This document shows positions 61,106 to 64,000 of a DNA stretch of 64,000 nucleotides, one piece after another. The translations under genes and the position numbers were made by a program. How positions within the stretch are numbered: the stretch's first letter is position 1; every line of letters begins with the position of its first letter. The notes below the pieces were generated by a model that was not told the origin of the DNA, searched no databases, and was given only the letters and a program-made list of their open reading frames with translations. Source of the DNA: Carcharhinus longimanus (lineage: Eukaryota); NCBI GenBank assembly GCA_030264375.1, contig JASCQW010000081.1:40202246-40266245 (forward strand), read 5' to 3'.

Positions 61106-63304
61106 GTGTATTTTTTAATCTTGACCGCTTGTGAAGTGACTGAACATCTTGCAGCGCTGCTTCCAAGTTTTCAGTGCTTGATTTCTTGCATTGATCCTCC
61201 AAGGCTTTCTGTTCCTACTGCCTTTTGACTGTATTTGGAGGGCCTCCCTTCTGCACTGCGGATGCAAGACATCCTTCCACTTTGTCCTTCAAGATCTCCA
61301 GCGCAGCATCTGAAAACGCTGGGAGTCCGCTATCTCCCATGATCACCATCCTCATTGTTTCCTAGGTCAGATTCTCTTTAACCTCACACCCAGTATCTGT
61401 TTCAGCAACAATGTGCCTCCCCTTTAAGAGATGCGGGCTGCTTTACATAGTATAATTTAGACTTTACTGGTGCTAGTGCAATTAGCAGTGGCTGGACACA
61501 GACATCATTCAGATAAACAGGCTGCATGAAGATGATGTGCTGCCTGCATCACAATTGACAGTCTTGGGTCAGTAAAAAAAAAATGATCTCCATGTCCATT
61601 TTCAAGAGCTCTATAACTTAGCCTTATGGAACTAGAAAAAAAATCCCGAAGCAACAGTTTTCTTTTTGTGAATCATTAATGCAATCCCTTAATCATATGC
61701 CGGCCGATGGTCCTCAAAGTCACTCAGAACATTTTACTAAAGTCATCTTTATGTCAAAAGTGACATTACAAAAGATGAAAAGCATTAGTATGAAGAAGAA
61801 AAAACAGACAGCGATCAATGGGTTTAATTATTTACAATATATTTCTTGAAAAATGAATAAGATGAAGAGATGCAAGTCGTCAGATTGAACTGCGAGAGAT
61901 GTCAACAATGATATGAGACACATGCTAATTACAAATTGCCTGTCTCTCTTTCTTTGAGATTCAACAAAGTCCGTCAAACAGCTGAGTGGGCTCAGTTCAC
62001 CAGTCTGGCTGCTCTGGGGACCCTGTAATGCAGGCATTGATCTTTACTAATTCACTGTACTAAGCTTTATCAAGAAGGTACAATGAGAGCTTTCAATTTT
62101 TAACCTGGTGACGTCTTTTACAAGCTAATGCAGAGATTGCATTTTTTTTCACCCTGCATATTAAGAAATCATATAATGACAGCTCTTTCAGCCTGGCTAG
62201 AAGCTTCGCGTGATTTATGTTATTTCTCTGCACTTATTTCAATCACCTTGATTTTTAAGTACAAGTGAAAAGAGAATGTCAGTCACCTCTTACAAGCAAA
62301 GTACTTAATGATTCGCCAGCTTAGTCCTTATGGCCAAAATGCCTGGTCAAGCAAATCCACTGCCTACTTGTTTCCCAAGTGTCAATCAAAAGCCACCTTT
62401 AAACCCTACCCGCTCCAAGCCCCAACTCTGTTCAGGGACAGGGAAACATTTTAGAACATTGTATACAAATGCAGGCTAATCCCAGATTATTCTTTTATGA
62501 TTTTGCATACTAAAATGCAGCAAATTTATTTTAACCTGATAAATTATGTTTTACTGGAAGAATCCATGCCACCTGTGACAATTTTGGTCATGACCATATC
62601 ATTAGTAAAACGCTTAACAACATTTTCTAGCAATAAAGAAAATGTTGAACTTTAATGCATAAGTATAACTTGTTCTCCTTTCTTCACCCTTCCTCCCAAA
62701 AAACATTACTAAATCACAATTAAAAAACTGCATTTGTGGCATAAACCTGAAAAGCCACATGGATACTGAGCAGAGGTAAGATCTGAAACCAGATATTGAC
62801 ATGTGCATCCCTAATTGAAACATATCTGAGAACAGTGAATAACCAACCATGCTACTTCACTTCAAGTGCACACTCCACTCAACCCATCAAGTGTTCCTGT
62901 CTTCCCACCTGTAATCGAGGCAGAAAGCTTTGCCAAATGTCAGAAATGAATTGCAGTTTGATTACTGGTTACTGTGAACCAAATCCTACCTTGTCCCTCC
63001 TTGCCCTTCTTAAAAAAGTGAGAAAATCAAGAGGCAAAATTGTTGAAGTTCTGTTCTCTGAATTTATAACAAGCTATATTGAGCAGAATGTTAACATCAT
63101 AAGATTTGAAAATNNNNNNNNNNACAGTGAGAAAATGTCAGAAGGATTGCTGTTTTCTATTATCTAGTTAGCACATACAAATCTTTTGAACTAGCATTTG
63201 ACTCTTGACTACTTTCAATACAAACATTCCAGGACATCATCAAATGGCAACCTCCCTCCTGTACAATTAGTGACTCATTGTTGATCTGCTAATGTATATA
63301 ACAC

Positions 63305-63680
63305 AAAGAAAGAACTTGCAATTATAGCTTGTCTATCCTAACCTCAGGATGTCCTAAGGTGTTTTACAGTCAACACAGTACTTTTTAAATGTAATTACCA
63401 CTGTAATATAGGAAACACAGCAGCCAATTTGTGCACAGCATGGTTTCACAAACAGCAATGAAATAAATAACTGGATCATCTGTTTTTAGGTGTTGGCTGA
63501 GAGATAAATGTTGGCTTGAACACCAGGGAGATCTCAATGCTCTTCCGTGAATTCTGCAGTGGGATATTTTAGATCCATTTAGGGGGGCAAATAGGATGGC
63601 TGTTTAACATCTCATCTAATGCCTGAACTTGAGTTTCTGACTCAGAAGTAAGAATGCTACCCCTCAGCAAAGGCTGACAC
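63305..63680 (-). mobile_element. SacSINE1/DeuSINE-like element
   Basis: aagaacttgca..aacctcaggatgtcc..ggaaacacagcagccaatttgtgcacagc..ttctgactcaga. Confidence 0.78.
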
Positions 63681-63892
63681 TCAATCGTACTGAAATAGGA
63701 GGATGGTAAAGTATATAACATTTCAAGATCAACATGAATAATCACTGCTGAGCATTAACCAGCAAAGGAACTGAAGCGCTGAATTATAAAGCAAAAATTC
63801 TAGAGAATAAATTGAAAAAAAATCTTGCTGAAACTGAACAGTGCCAGTTTTAAGAGTCAGCAGAGGGATTTGATATGCATTTTCCTATGAAT

Positions 63893-64000
63893 GCAAAATG
63901 TTCTGGATGATAGCAATCTGCAAATCAAGACAGAAAATGTTGGAAATACTCAGTGCACTAGGTAGTAACTGTAGAGAGAGAAACAGAGTTAATGTTTCAG
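63893..64000. mobile_element. Left arm of a Penelope-derived fold-back repeat (runs off the window)
   Basis: acagaaaatgttggaaatactcag...gagagagaaacagagttaatgtttcag. Confidence 0.65.

Larger units (their letters stand above)
58860..61340 (-). pseudogene. PIF/Harbinger Myb/SANT-like DNA-binding gene relic, three exons, with nested SINE and CR1
   Basis: Exon 1 ~61340-61115: MGDSGLPAFSDAALEILKDKVE..DVLHPQ..KRQ*EQKALE..KTWKQRCKMF (trihelix Myb/SANT); exon 2 ~60155-60005: QQEATGG*QVCLHVL; exon 3 from 59856 after acceptor ctttttcctttcag: TQEVQPGQAVEEHKEDSDDE. Confidence 0.75.

Overview
Eukaryotic, AT-rich, non-coding DNA that is almost certainly from a shark. The repeat content is typical of elasmobranchs: HE1-type V-SINEs, SacSINE1/DeuSINE, Meta-domain SINEs, CR1/HER1 LINE fragments, PIF/Harbinger relics and MITEs, and Penelope-derived hairpin repeats. 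It is a draft assembly with six N gaps. I found no host protein-coding exon that I can recognise; every recognisable peptide is a decayed transposon protein (CR1 APE/RT, L2-group RT, Harbinger transposase, Harbinger Myb/SANT protein). The window reads as a large intron or gene desert in which repeat clusters alternate with repeat-free, motif-dense blocks resembling conserved non-coding enhancers. The most notable signal is a minimal type I hammerhead ribozyme with a complete catalytic core at 17802-17840 in a Penelope-like terminal repeat. Decayed hammerheads from three apparently different families also occur, including a fold-back family with about 7 copies and a 76-bp piece inserted with a 10-bp target-site duplication into a Harbinger transposase. 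Family names come from my recognition of consensus-like sequence, not a database search, and boundaries are approximate. I cannot claim a wholly new biological system; the hammerhead-bearing elements are the best lead.
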